From Bugula neritina (lineage: Eukaryota > Animalia > Bryozoa): 64,000 bases of DNA. The position numbers and the translations under genes are program-made. This document shows, piece by piece, positions 25,797 to 44,400 of the stretch. The stretch covers positions 2,615,628 through 2,679,627 of the forward strand of contig OZ037771.1 in NCBI GenBank assembly GCA_964035545.1, written 5' to 3'. Under the pieces are notes generated by a model. The model had not been told where the DNA came from. It saw only the letters and a list, made by a program, of their open reading frames with translations, and made no database searches. How positions within the stretch are numbered: position 1 is the first letter of the stretch; every line of letters starts with the position of its first letter.

Positions 25797-28148
25797 TCAA
25801 ACATTACCGGCCAGTACAGGGTTGGCGCGGAGGTTTTGTACATCCTCCGGGGACTCATCAACTCTTTGCCTGAGTTGACCTTGGTCCCAGTCAAACGGTG
25901 CTCCGTGGTGAGCCAGCGTCTCCAACTCGCATCGCGGGGGACCTCCATCCCTCCTCTCGATGTTGAGACACTGTTTGCAACCTCCGTCAGGTCGGCGACT
26001 CAACCCATCCGCATTGCTGTGTCTCTTGCCCGGTCGATGTTCGATCCGGTATGAGAATTCAGCTAGGATTTCGAGCCACCGGGCGACCTGACTAGAGGGC
26101 TCTGCTCTCTTGCACAACCAGATCAGCGAGGCATGATCCGTACGCAGCCGGAACTTCCTGCCGTATAGGTATGGTCTGAAGTGCTTCACTGACTTGATTA
26201 CTGCCAGCAGCTCCTTGCGGGTAGTGCAGTAGTTTCGTTCAGCGGGTGAGAGAGACTTGCTGTAGTAGGCTACTACTACCTCTCGGCCTTCCTGCACTTG
26301 TGACAGCACAGCGCCAACATTTTGGTCACTGGCATCCGTGTCGAGGATGTACTCCAGAGTGGGGTCTGGGTAGGCCAAGATGGGCGCCGTTAGTAGGCAG
26401 CCCTTGAGGCGGTCGAACGCTCCTTGTTCGACTGGGGTCCACTGCCACGTCACTCCCTTTGCGGTGAGCCGGTTTAACGGCTGTGCTATGCCCGCAAAGT
26501 CTGGTATGTATTGCCTGTAATACCCTACCAGCCCCAAGAAAGCCCGGAGTCCGGTCAAGTCTTGGGGGGTGACCCAGTCTTCTACTACCCGTACCTTTTC
26601 GGGATCCGTTGCCACGCCGTTTCGACCGACAACGTGCCCCAGGTACTTGACCTCCGGCTGCAATAGAGCGCACTTGGAAGGTTTGAGCTTAAGACCGGCA
26701 CCTCGGAGTCTCTCGAAAACCTCCTGCAGACGACTGACATGTGTCTCGAAGTCCGGAGAGATTACGATGACATCATCGAGGTAGACCAGCAGTGTCTTCC
26801 AATGGAGTCCGCTAAGGACTTGTTCCATCAGCCTCTGGAAGGTGGCTGGGGCGGAGGTTAACCCGAAGGGTAGCACCTTCCACTTCCACAAACCGTCCCG
26901 TGTGATAAACGCCGCTTTCTCTTGGGCGTCGGGACTCAGAGGAACCTGCCAATAGCCGCTTAGCAAGTTTAACGTACTGAAGTACTTGCTGCCGGCTAGG
27001 GCGTCCAATGACTCGTCAATACGAGGTAGAGGGTAAGCGTCCTGTATGGTTACGCTATTGAGTTTGCGGTAATCCACACAGAACCGCCAACTGCCGTCTT
27101 TCTTCCGGACCAGTACGACTGGCGAGCTCCACGCACTATGGGCGGGCTCTATCAGTCCCCGGTCCAGAAGATCCCGTACTTGTCGGCTAACTTCCTTCTC
27201 TTTTTCCGGCCCCAGCCTGCGTGTGGGCTGCCGGACAGGGACTGTCCCTGCAGTCAGCGGTATTTCGTGTCTGACAACTCCAGTCAGCCCCACGTCATGA
27301 TCTCCGCTACTGAACACATCACCGTAGTCGCGTAGCAACTTCGCCATGGTTTGGCGTTCCTTGTTGCTCGCGCAGCGGCCACTGGCTGTTTCGTATAACT
27401 CCCGGAGATGTGTTGGGACTGCCCCTCGTCCCTGAATAGGGTGTCGAGGGGGTGCCTCTGTCGCGTCACCCAGCGACGGGCCCACGTCCTCTTCCTGGAC
27501 GGAGTGGAACCGGCCCAGCATTGACCCCGCTGGGAGCTCAATGGGCTCGGTAAAGGGGTTGACACACTGCACTAAGACCTCCCCTCGCTCAGTTAGTCTG
27601 TTTAAACTACTGGCGAGTTGGATCCTTTCGTGCGCGCCTTCAACGACCCCGAGCCTGGCTATCCGGTTGCTGTTCACTCGGCAGTGGATGGTAGCTCTGG
27701 AGCGTCCGGGCACGGTGCAGTTTCGAACTACCTGAACACCGCCCACCAGAGGACGCCCAAACTTATCCACACAGGCGAGTTCTCGCCCGCCCATCAACAC
27801 CACCGACTTACTAAAGTCTATTCGGCACTGGTGTTGCTTCAAGAAGGGCATTCCGAGGATAGCATCTTCCTCCAGTTGGCCTATGACAAAGGTCTCCCGT
27901 ACAGCCTGGTCTCGGACACGCCCAGGGAGCTCGATAATACCATAAAAGGGAATACATGACCCGTCTGCCAGGGTGCCATGTTCCCCAGTATATGGTCGTA
28001 CTCTATCCCTGTCCCGGCGGGGCAGTGCCTCAAAGACTCTACGACTGAGAAGATTGGTAGTACAACCGGAGTCGAGCAGGAAAGTGACGGCGTTGCCGGC
28101 CACCTTTCCGGGTAGGAAATAGCTCTCTCCATGTGGTTGTACTTTCAC
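25797..28148 (-). CDS. pol: Pol: aspartic protease, reverse transcriptase, RNase H
   Basis: FLLDSGC protease; SSPVVLVRKKDG, RFCVDYRKLN, PFGL, YLDD; RNase H LDTDAS...KELLA...TDH...NADGLSR. The first RT catalytic Asp appears as Asn (FSTLNL). Confidence 0.95.
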   Translation of the reverse strand: MKVQPHGESYFLPGKVAGNAVTFLLDSGCTTNLLSRRVFEALPRRDRDRVRPYTGEHGTLADGSCIPFYGIIELPGRVRDQAVRETFVIGQLEEDAILGMPFLKQHQCRIDFSKSVVLMGGRELACVDKFGRPLVGGVQVVRNCTVPGRSRATIHCRVNSNRIARLGVVEGAHERIQLASSLNRLTERGEVLVQCVNPFTEPIELPAGSMLGRFHSVQEEDVGPSLGDATEAPPRHPIQGRGAVPTHLRELYETASGRCASNKERQTMAKLLRDYGDVFSSGDHDVGLTGVVRHEIPLTAGTVPVRQPTRRLGPEKEKEVSRQVRDLLDRGLIEPAHSAWSSPVVLVRKKDGSWRFCVDYRKLNSVTIQDAYPLPRIDESLDALAGSKYFSTLNLLSGYWQVPLSPDAQEKAAFITRDGLWKWKVLPFGLTSAPATFQRLMEQVLSGLHWKTLLVYLDDVIVISPDFETHVSRLQEVFERLRGAGLKLKPSKCALLQPEVKYLGHVVGRNGVATDPEKVRVVEDWVTPQDLTGLRAFLGLVGYYRQYIPDFAGIAQPLNRLTAKGVTWQWTPVEQGAFDRLKGCLLTAPILAYPDPTLEYILDTDASDQNVGAVLSQVQEGREVVVAYYSKSLSPAERNYCTTRKELLAVIKSVKHFRPYLYGRKFRLRTDHASLIWLCKRAEPSSQVARWLEILAEFSYRIEHRPGKRHSNADGLSRRPDGGCKQCLNIERRDGGPPRCELETLAHHGAPFDWDQGQLRQRVDESPEDVQNLRANPVLAGNV

Positions 28149-28452
28149 CCCCCCGCATGTGCTGTCCTGGATTGCCAGGACGGCGGGGGTTTCACCCGTG
28201 GTTTACGGGGTTTCCGGCGGCGAGGTTGCTGCCGGCGGGGTTTGGGGCTCTCCACTGGGCCTTCTGGCTCCATTTCAGTGGCGGGCTCCTCTTCCCGAGG
28301 TAACCGGTGGAACCGGTTGCGAGTGGCAGGGAGAAGGTACTCGGCCGTTGTGCGGGCCTACTAGTCCTGCGTGGTACCTGCCACTCGGGGGGAGTGCGCC
28401 GTCGTGTCCGTACGGGCAGACGGCGGTGTTTCCCACCATACTCCTTTAGTTG

Positions 28453-28497
28453 CGGCCCGCGGGGAGGGAGAGCGTCCGCGGGCCGTGACAGTTTAAC
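28453..28497 (-). promoter_or_regulatory. Candidate -1 programmed ribosomal frameshift signal (G_UUA_AAC + 5-nt spacer + 10-bp GC stem)
   Basis: Minus strand reads GTTAAAC TGTCA CGGCCCGCGG (13-nt loop) CCGCGGGCCG. It is in the gag frame, and the -1 frame is open downstream. Confidence 0.7.
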
Positions 28498-28514
28498 GCC
28501 CCTTGGTATTGGGG

Positions 28515-29312
28515 TCATCCTTGCTGTCCATGGTCTCGACCAGCACTACTCCAGTTTGGCCCCGCAGGTGTTGAGGGCAACCGCAGGGCCTGACCGGGGC
28601 CAGCGCCAGCCAGAATTGTTACCAGCTGTCCCAGCATCTCTACCATGCGGTCCACTTCGGCTTCTAGCGGGGGAGCTTCGGGGCTTGTTGTAGCCCTGGC
28701 AGCGCTGACTCCAACTACTGGTGGGTTCCGTTGTGCTTGATGCATTTGGGTAGCCAACAGGTAAGCTTCTCCAGCCTTCAGGGCATCCTCTATTCTGGTT
28801 ATCCCTTTAGCTCGTAGTTGATGGTGTAAGCCCAGGTCGTTTAGTGACTGGACAAAGGCGTCATAGGTGTAACGCTCTTGGTGTTGTGCTGGCAGATCGC
28901 TGTATGCAATCTGCGCCAACTTCTTCACCGTCGCGGCATGTTCTTGCAGCGAGGTCCGCGGGGTGCGGCACAATCTCTCCAGCTTGGTCCTAGCGTCTAT
29001 TGCGGAGATGCCAAAACGGGCCCGCAGCGCAGCCAGTATCCCGTTTACGTCCGTTCCCACTCCGTACGGCTTGGCTTGTTCCGTCACCGCTCTCCGCAAT
29101 TGGATAAGGGCCACTCTATGCGGCCATTGAGCAACCTCCATTACCTCTCTAAATTCTTGTATAAATTGTTCGACATCTTCCGACCCAGTAAAGGTGGGAG
29201 CTTTCAAGCAATGTCTATAAGCTTCTTCTCCCTCACGATTTACAGGATTAACAGCATTTCTACGCTCACCTTCTACTGGGGGTGGTTGCATTCTAGCATT
29301 TTCAGTCTCCAT
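28515..29312 (-). CDS. gag: Gag (capsid-like), 265 aa, with degenerate zinc-knuckle region
   Basis: First ORF after the PBS; KAPTFTGSEDVEQFI...W...AL.ARFG retrotransposon-gag pattern. Confidence 0.9.
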   Translation of the reverse strand: METENARMQPPPVEGERRNAVNPVNREGEEAYRHCLKAPTFTGSEDVEQFIQEFREVMEVAQWPHRVALIQLRRAVTEQAKPYGVGTDVNGILAALRARFGISAIDARTKLERLCRTPRTSLQEHAATVKKLAQIAYSDLPAQHQERYTYDAFVQSLNDLGLHHQLRAKGITRIEDALKAGEAYLLATQMHQAQRNPPVVGVSAARATTSPEAPPLEAEVDRMVEMLGQLVTILAGAGPGQALRLPSTPAGPNWSSAGRDHGQQG

Positions 29313-29326
29313 CTTTGATGTACACT

Positions 29327-29344
29327 ATCCCACCGCTGCCACCA
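29327..29344 (-). promoter_or_regulatory. Primer-binding site complementary to the 3' end of tRNA-Leu
   Basis: Plus strand ATCCCACCGCTGCCACCA matches the 3' 18 nt of metazoan tRNA-Leu(AAG/TAG type) including CCA; 1 nt from the 5' LTR. Confidence 0.9.
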
Positions 29345-29345
29345 C

Positions 29346-29650
29346 TGTTATGTTTTCCAGATTTAGGGTTGATGTGCCACCAAGAGAGTCTATTTATCAC
29401 TAGAGAAACTTCACCGTGTTAAGTCGAGTAGATATCGTTATATTTTAATACAAGAATACATAATAAAATCTAATGTACAACAGTAATGATACGCACATCT
29501 ATTTAATTTTCAGCACTATCCTCAACTGAGCTAGTAGCGCGAAGCTGCTACTATTACTCATAAACAGCCTAGCTAATTGGCTAATACATTGTTCCGGGTC
29601 AATACGCAACCTTGCGTATTGTGTTGCTGGTAGCTCCACGAGCCACCACA
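29346..29650 (-). repeat. 5' LTR (305 bp)
   Basis: TG...CA termini; identical by eye to 22211-22515. Confidence 0.97.
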
Positions 29651-30792
29651 ATATTTAATATCTACTCTATCAACACAATCAAACATGTAAGTGTTACCTA
29701 CCATTTGTTAATTTTAGTTACATACCTATAAATGTATTTGTTTGAATTTGAGCTTTGGTCTGTAACTGTCAACAAACTTATTTCTTTGTATGTCAACATC
29801 TTTGTTACTATTTTGTGCGTTTCAGCTTACCAATTATTCTTGCCACACATTTATGATTTTAATTAATTTTGTCTTAGGTCACTATCAATATGATAATTTT
29901 GCTGAGTCTCTGGACAACTCATTTCTGTGTAAAAGGTTAAAATTGTGAGTAATAACATTTTATAATAATTGTGTAATTTCAATAGTGCATTCCCATTATC
30001 GTCAGTGTATTTTTTACATTTTTCACATTTAACTTTACGTACAATTTTCAATGTATTTTTGTTTCAACTCTCATTTGCATACAGATCTAATAATTTCTGT
30101 AAAGTTTCACAGGTTACGACTTCAAAGTACAAATAAACATCTGTGTCAATACCTCCATACCAGCACAATTATCTTAGCGATCATCTACCCACTGTTTCAG
30201 GGTTGTATGCTCAAATAATTTTGTTTGATATTTAAATGTGTTTAAACATGTATATTGAATTAGGATTCCCGATGACCTTCAAATATGCTCTGAAGTTCGT
30301 GGAATAGAAAACTAATAATAATTATTGCTTATCTTCATTGAAAACTATTTATAACAGCTGTAAGCCACAGCTTAACCACTGAGCTGGCTTGAAATTTAAA
30401 ACTTGAACTTTGCATAAAATATATTTCAAAACAAAATTATTTGAGCATATAACCCTCAAACAGTGTGTAGATAATCACTAAGATAATATACACGAATATT
30501 TTAATACTGCATAAAAAAAGGTGTGTCAAGCCTAGTGTTACGTTGTTATACAGTACACCCCTATAAACTGCTATTGTACTACTAAACTGTTCATGTCAGC
30601 TCTAAAGTAAGACAAAACTTGATCTATTCTAAAATTTACAGCAGATCATGCTGTAGTTGCACATTGTTACAAAGTGTATTGTAAAGCAACATGACCCTTT
30701 TCTTATTAGAAAAATATGTGATTACATTGTGCTAGCAAATAAATCAATTGTTAGTGGTTGGCAGGAGTGACTGAGTGTGGTTCCTTCTTCAA

Positions 30793-30806
30793 TCATGACG
30801 TCATGA
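30793..30806. promoter_or_regulatory. Perfect 14-bp palindrome TCATGACGTCATGA containing a consensus CRE, ~250 bp upstream of CYP-B
   Basis: TGACGTCA core at 30796-30803; motif match only. Confidence 0.45.
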
Positions 30807-31047
30807 AGACCGCTGTTAATGAAGTCTGTGAAGTATCATAAACAAACACTCAGTACCACTTATCAGGTGATGTATTATTCCCTTTGCTGCTACTACCTAC
30901 TAGAGTCTATAGAGTCTAGAGTCTAGAGTCTAGACTAACATCTTATAGGCCACTGATAACTGCTATCACCAACCACACTATCAGCAGCTGGTATACTGAC
31001 ACTTCATGCTATCAGTAGCTAGTATCGAGTAGCACCAGGGATAGGAA

Positions 31048-39100
<8,053 letters not shown>

Positions 39101-40689
39101 CTAGTGTACATTCTTGTCTTTAGTAGAATACGAAGTCACTGCTTAAACTTGATTGAGTGAAACAAATTACTGCCACTTAAAATTATAGAACATGACTTAA
39201 AGTTACCGGTAGCTTTAATTTAATAGTATTTGTAATTTATACTTTAAAACAAATTTTGGGCAGTAAGTAGTGGTGTGGTAGAGCTTTTTAATTTGTTTAT
39301 ACTTTTTATATTTTTATTTTTATTGAACTCTGCCTTTTAGTTAAATAAACGTTGCTAAACTAAAGATTATATATATTGAAATAGCAAAGCAAATTCCAAC
39401 TTTAAAAAGTAAATTCAGCATTTGCTTAATACTTATACTGTTAATCTAAAAATCATATAAAACCAATCCTTTGGAAATTCATTTTGCACAGCAGCTTCGG
39501 CATGCAGTAATCCAATAAATATATTACAATAAATATAGTAATTAAACCCACAGTTATCACCAAATTTGGATAATTTGTTATTTTAGAGTTATCTTTCTAA
39601 GTTGAGTGAGTTTTATTTCTAAAGTATTCGAAATGATACGGAATGTCAATTGGACAATCACGCCCTTCGTCATGAAGCGGGTGTAATTAGATTGCAGTTT
39701 CTTTATTTCCTTTATTAATCTGAGTTGCAACGGAAGCACTGTTTCACTTTCAGTTTGAGCCTGTGTGATACCTTAATCATAATGATAACTCAATACTAAA
39801 ATTGGAAAAAAAGTTAATTAGAGATGCTATCCGTAGCATGGCTATGCTCTTCACAAAATTTACTCGAGCTGTTTATAGAGGGTTAATATATTTTGTTAAC
39901 GTCTATGTTAGACTCCCGCAATTACTCTCAATCACAGCACCTCTGTTCAGTTCGAGTACAAATCTAAATTTCAAGGTGACTAACCCTGGTTCTCTACTCC
40001 AAGTAAGTAAGTCCGTTAAACAGACCTCTCATATTTAAAACTATTGAAACGTTTAGCTTATTTGTTGGTGATTATCACTATGAATATATTTATTAATTAA
40101 TATTATCATAATCATTGTAAATTGCAAACTCAATTTTAATTCAAGTGTTTTAATTTTGTTTAGGCTTTAGGCTTATCTGCTACTATAATTTAATTTGATT
40201 CTTAATATTAGCGCCTTACATATTTAAACTGGTGTTTAGAGTAATCTAATGTTTATATTTTTAGTTTGCTCATTGTTTTAAATACATTAAAATTTGTTAA
40301 AGCTCGTGCTCATACTCGTAGTCATAGTGAAAATTAATACTCAATAGTAATACTAATATTTATATTGATTATTGTTGCTAGAAGTTGTTATTGTTGTTAT
40401 TGTATTTGAATGTATCACGGCTTAAACTGATTCAGTTTTATTGGGCTGAAAAGGATAGCAGTTTTCATAAACTGTTCAGTGATTCTTTTTTAGCAATTTA
40501 GATTTAAACTCATTTTAAGAGTGTGTTTTCATTTCTGCTGTTCAGTTCTTCAATAGTTTTATAATTTTACTTTCTTTTCTCAAAGTCACTCAATAGTGTA
40601 TAGCTGTATATACCTGCTCTTTTTATGTAATCTGAAAAATTATATTCTCCAATCACCATACATTTCTTCGCTCACACTATTCTTCTTCA

Positions 40690-41070
40690 ATAATTGTGGA
40701 AACAACATTTGTTGAAGTGTTCATTTCTAGTGCCCAATTGTAGAGCTTCTCTGTTTTTATCTTTTACTTCTTTACCAACCAAGAAATGAGGATATTAGTA
40801 ATTATTGTCGGTTTCACCATCACAATCTCAGGCCTCCTAGCTACTTTAGTTTTGTCAGTATGTATGTTGAAATTTACATGATTTTAATTTAGCTTTGTAT
40901 ATTTCATCTAATGTAATGGTCAAAACAGGTTTTGTTTCTTTACAATCCAAAAATAGCGCACAACTCCCTATGAGTTATTGAAGCCACCAAACAGTTATTT
41001 CTTCTCCTTTATTCTCCTCTGTGCTAACCTCTCATGTCAACTGACATTATGCACTAAGATTTTACACTCT
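40690..41070 (-). mobile_element. Highly decayed relic of an RLE-type (R4/Dong/NeSL-like) non-LTR retrotransposon
   Basis: Minus-strand fragments VASITHRELCAIFGL and NFNIHTDKTKVARRPEIVMV resemble the VA.IIHWELC...WDF.I.TD....ARRPDIV restriction-like endonuclease region; many stops and frameshifts. Confidence 0.5.
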
Positions 41071-41469
41071 TAGTTTTTTTATTGTTGATAATTTATTAAT
41101 AAATTTAATTTGGTATAGTCATTAGACTGTTATAACTTCCATAATAAATATTGTGTAGTTTAATTTGTCAGACCTTTCATGCAATATAAATTACTGGTGA
41201 AATTAATGAACTCTAAAGTCTAAAATATGCAACAACTTGTGGCAGGAAGATTAGACTGTGAGGTTTTGATATAGCCTAAGTTCTAATATATCAATACTTA
41301 GCCAGATGTCTTCACTGGCTATGCTCTGTTTCTACTGGTGATCAGGAAAGTTTATTTTTCACTTAAAGAATCACTGACACATTGGATAGATTCAGTATTA
41401 GGTTATTCACATATAGCTTGGCCTTCAGATAACTTCAACTGCAACTTACACAAGCTACAATAACGGTGC

Positions 41470-44400
41470 ATGTGTGGCCCACTTGAAGATGACGAAATTT
41501 CACTTCAGTGTCCAGCTGATATAGCCAAAATATATGTGAGTAATTTAATACTGAATGAATGTAATGTGTCAGGGAATTTTTAATTCAATACATGTTTATA
41601 GGGTAACATTTTTTTATTGATAATAATATTTACACTAAAAGTTTCTTTTTCAAGTTCGCTGGACCATGGACCTTCTTCAAAAACTGGTACTTAATGGCCC
41701 AATTTATATTTTTTTCACAACCCACTAAGAGAAATTCCACTCCTAATTATTTACAAAGCAGCAATAAATGTAACTGACTTACTTTACTAATAGTTTTTGA
41801 CTTTTAGCTTCAGATATTAAATACGATTTATTTATACAGTATGGTTATCTCAAAGCAAATCTTTTTAATTACTTTAACGTAACAATAGGCTACAACTATT
41901 AGACAGTGCAGAAGTAGTGCTCATGTTGTGGTAGTCTTAACTTATGTTCATTCAGTTTGAATTGCATTAGATATCGAGCTTTAGGAAATTTATGCAAAAT
42001 AAACCACAAATTTCTACTTTGGGAAATTTGAAGAGCCACTACTAGAATTCTTTTAGTCTAGGTTTAACTTATAGATTTTTATGGTATGTTAAAAACAAAA
42101 CGTAGGCTCAGTTCTTTGTAAAAAGCCCTAGGTCCTGTTAGAGGCCAGTTTTTGTTTGATTTAGTAAGAATTGGGAACAACCTTTTCTGCTGTTATTTGC
42201 CTTTTATAATAAGCGTAGCTCCCATAAGACCGGCTTCACTCCTTACATTTATTCTCCTTGTCTAACAGCTTTAATAACTATGTTGTTAGTTCAATATTTT
42301 TTCCTTGAGTGTCATTTTCCTTTAGTGTCATATTTTATTGATATTTGATGAGTAAATAAATATTTTCTTGGAATCGTTGTTTATCATCTAGATGTTTATA
42401 ACTGGCCTTTTAGCCTAAGGACCATTAATTTAAAAAATGATATTCTAGTCAATGGGCCTCAGATTTGACGATCTAATAGATTATGAGAGATGGGATACTG
42501 GAGTTAGCAAGCCAGTGTTTTTTCATTTTCGACTTTGATTCAGCATGAGTAAGTAGCCTATCAGGGTGCCTGTTAGAGTTATGAGTACCAGTATCCCATT
42601 AGACTTAGCATACTGTACCAGCTCATTATTTACACTTACTAAAGCATCTGCTAGCCGCAATCTTTACAAATAAAAGAATATATCCTTCCATTTGAACTTT
42701 TCATCTGTGAGTATATATGAATTTACATTTGGCATTTAGTGTATTTATATTGTATGCACAGTACTAATTACTTTTTTTCTCAAACAATTAATAACCTCAA
42801 TGCAATTTTATCTAAAGGGGAATGTGGTTTCTTAAGGCATTATCTTAATTCTTAATTTACTAACGGCCAACTTAAAATATTTAAGTTAGTTATAATCTAA
42901 TTTTACTATAATGCAAGTCAGTTGTGTACAATACACCCTTGCATCTTATACATTGATATCTAACAATATCCCGCATGTATAACACCACTAGATGTTGCTA
43001 TCAATGTATGCTTTACCAGGTATATCTCAGTTTACTTAGTAGATCATTATCCTTGTAAGCAAAGGTTTGGTTTGAATTGTGTCAATATTTAATCAGTTGA
43101 TTAAACCTACGACTACTAGATTAAGTTCTTACTCCTAGCTCCAAGTCGAGGTCATGTGATTTTGTTCTTCAAAAATTGTGTTTAAAAACTAATGGCAAAA
43201 TATAGAGTCTTGCTCAGTCTTACAGTGAATCTAGTAAACAGTACTAACAGTCTTAGTTGTCTAAGTGATTTGATTGTGTTTCCTAATAAGTGAGAGTAAC
43301 AATTCAATAGGTTATTTATTTCTAAATTAGATATACTTATAAAATCTAAAGCATACAGTAAACAAGATGACTAGCTTTGACTCGATAAACTGCAATGTGC
43401 ACGTGTATGGAGTTATTCTTTCATAGCACTTTGCGTCAAAAGAAAGCAATTTCAAAACATAGTTAGAAATACTGTGCCTAAGTGCATTTACGATGTGCTG
43501 ATTTATTTTTAAAAATTTTTTCCACATTGTGTGTTTAGAACCTATTGAAATAGAACCTATTTTTTTAAATACAGGATATGACCTTAAAATTTTAACAAAT
43601 CTAAACCAATAGATGGCATATGTGCTAACTATTTTATATATCCATTAATTAGGAAAAGTGTCATGATGAACATTAAACTGTAAAAATACTTACCTAAATA
43701 TCTAAAAGCTTTTCTCTTGATGCAAACTTTTAATTTTTTTTCAAATTTTAATGTTTGTTGCAAATCATGTTCAGGATGCATTTTCATGATCTCAATGTTA
43801 TGTTATAAACTATAGATGCCTAGAGCATGCATATGTGGTAGTATATCTGTAAAGAAATGCACCACAGAAATGTTTCTATTGAGTTTCTATGCTTTGATTT
43901 AACTCTTATTATAAATTGGCACACATGGGAGCATTGAAATTGTAAGAAAAGTGTGTCATCTGAAGTAAGAAATCAGCTGTTTTGCTTGCAAAAGTTACAT
44001 TGTTGTGCCTTAGTTACATATATTATTATATAAACCACTGTGTTATCCTGAAACAGGTTTAGCTAAAACTTGTTTTGATGCATACAATATTTATATAAAA
44101 ATACTACTATTACAGTAATTACATTTTTACCATGGTTGTTTGTTAGTAGATGAATAAAAGCTGTGCTTTTTTCTTTCTTTTTTTTATAAATGTAATAAAA
44201 TGTTGAAAAAGATCTCTAGCGGTTGTGATGAATTCAGAAAAACATTTTGTCAACAATGTCTAATTAATTATAAAAGAAAACAAAGTCAAACAACTGGTTA
44301 GTTTTAGTTCTGCTGTGAACAAAAAAGACTGAAAACCTACAAGCAAACCCACAAACCACATTCTATTGAGCAAAATTTATTTGCACTAAAATTTCGTTCT

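Larger units (their letters stand above)
22211..29650 (-). mobile_element. Full-length Ty3/gypsy LTR retrotransposon (7440 bp) with an extra 3' ORF
   Basis: Two 305-bp TG...CA LTRs, ATAT TSD (22207-22210 / 29651-29654), PBS, polypurine tract, and gag - PR-RT-RH-IN domain order. GC-rich relative to the host DNA. Confidence 0.98.

Noticed and set aside
22805-29318. Numerous plus-strand ORFs inside the retrotransposon
   Set aside because: Antisense shadows of GC-rich coding sequence; no motifs.
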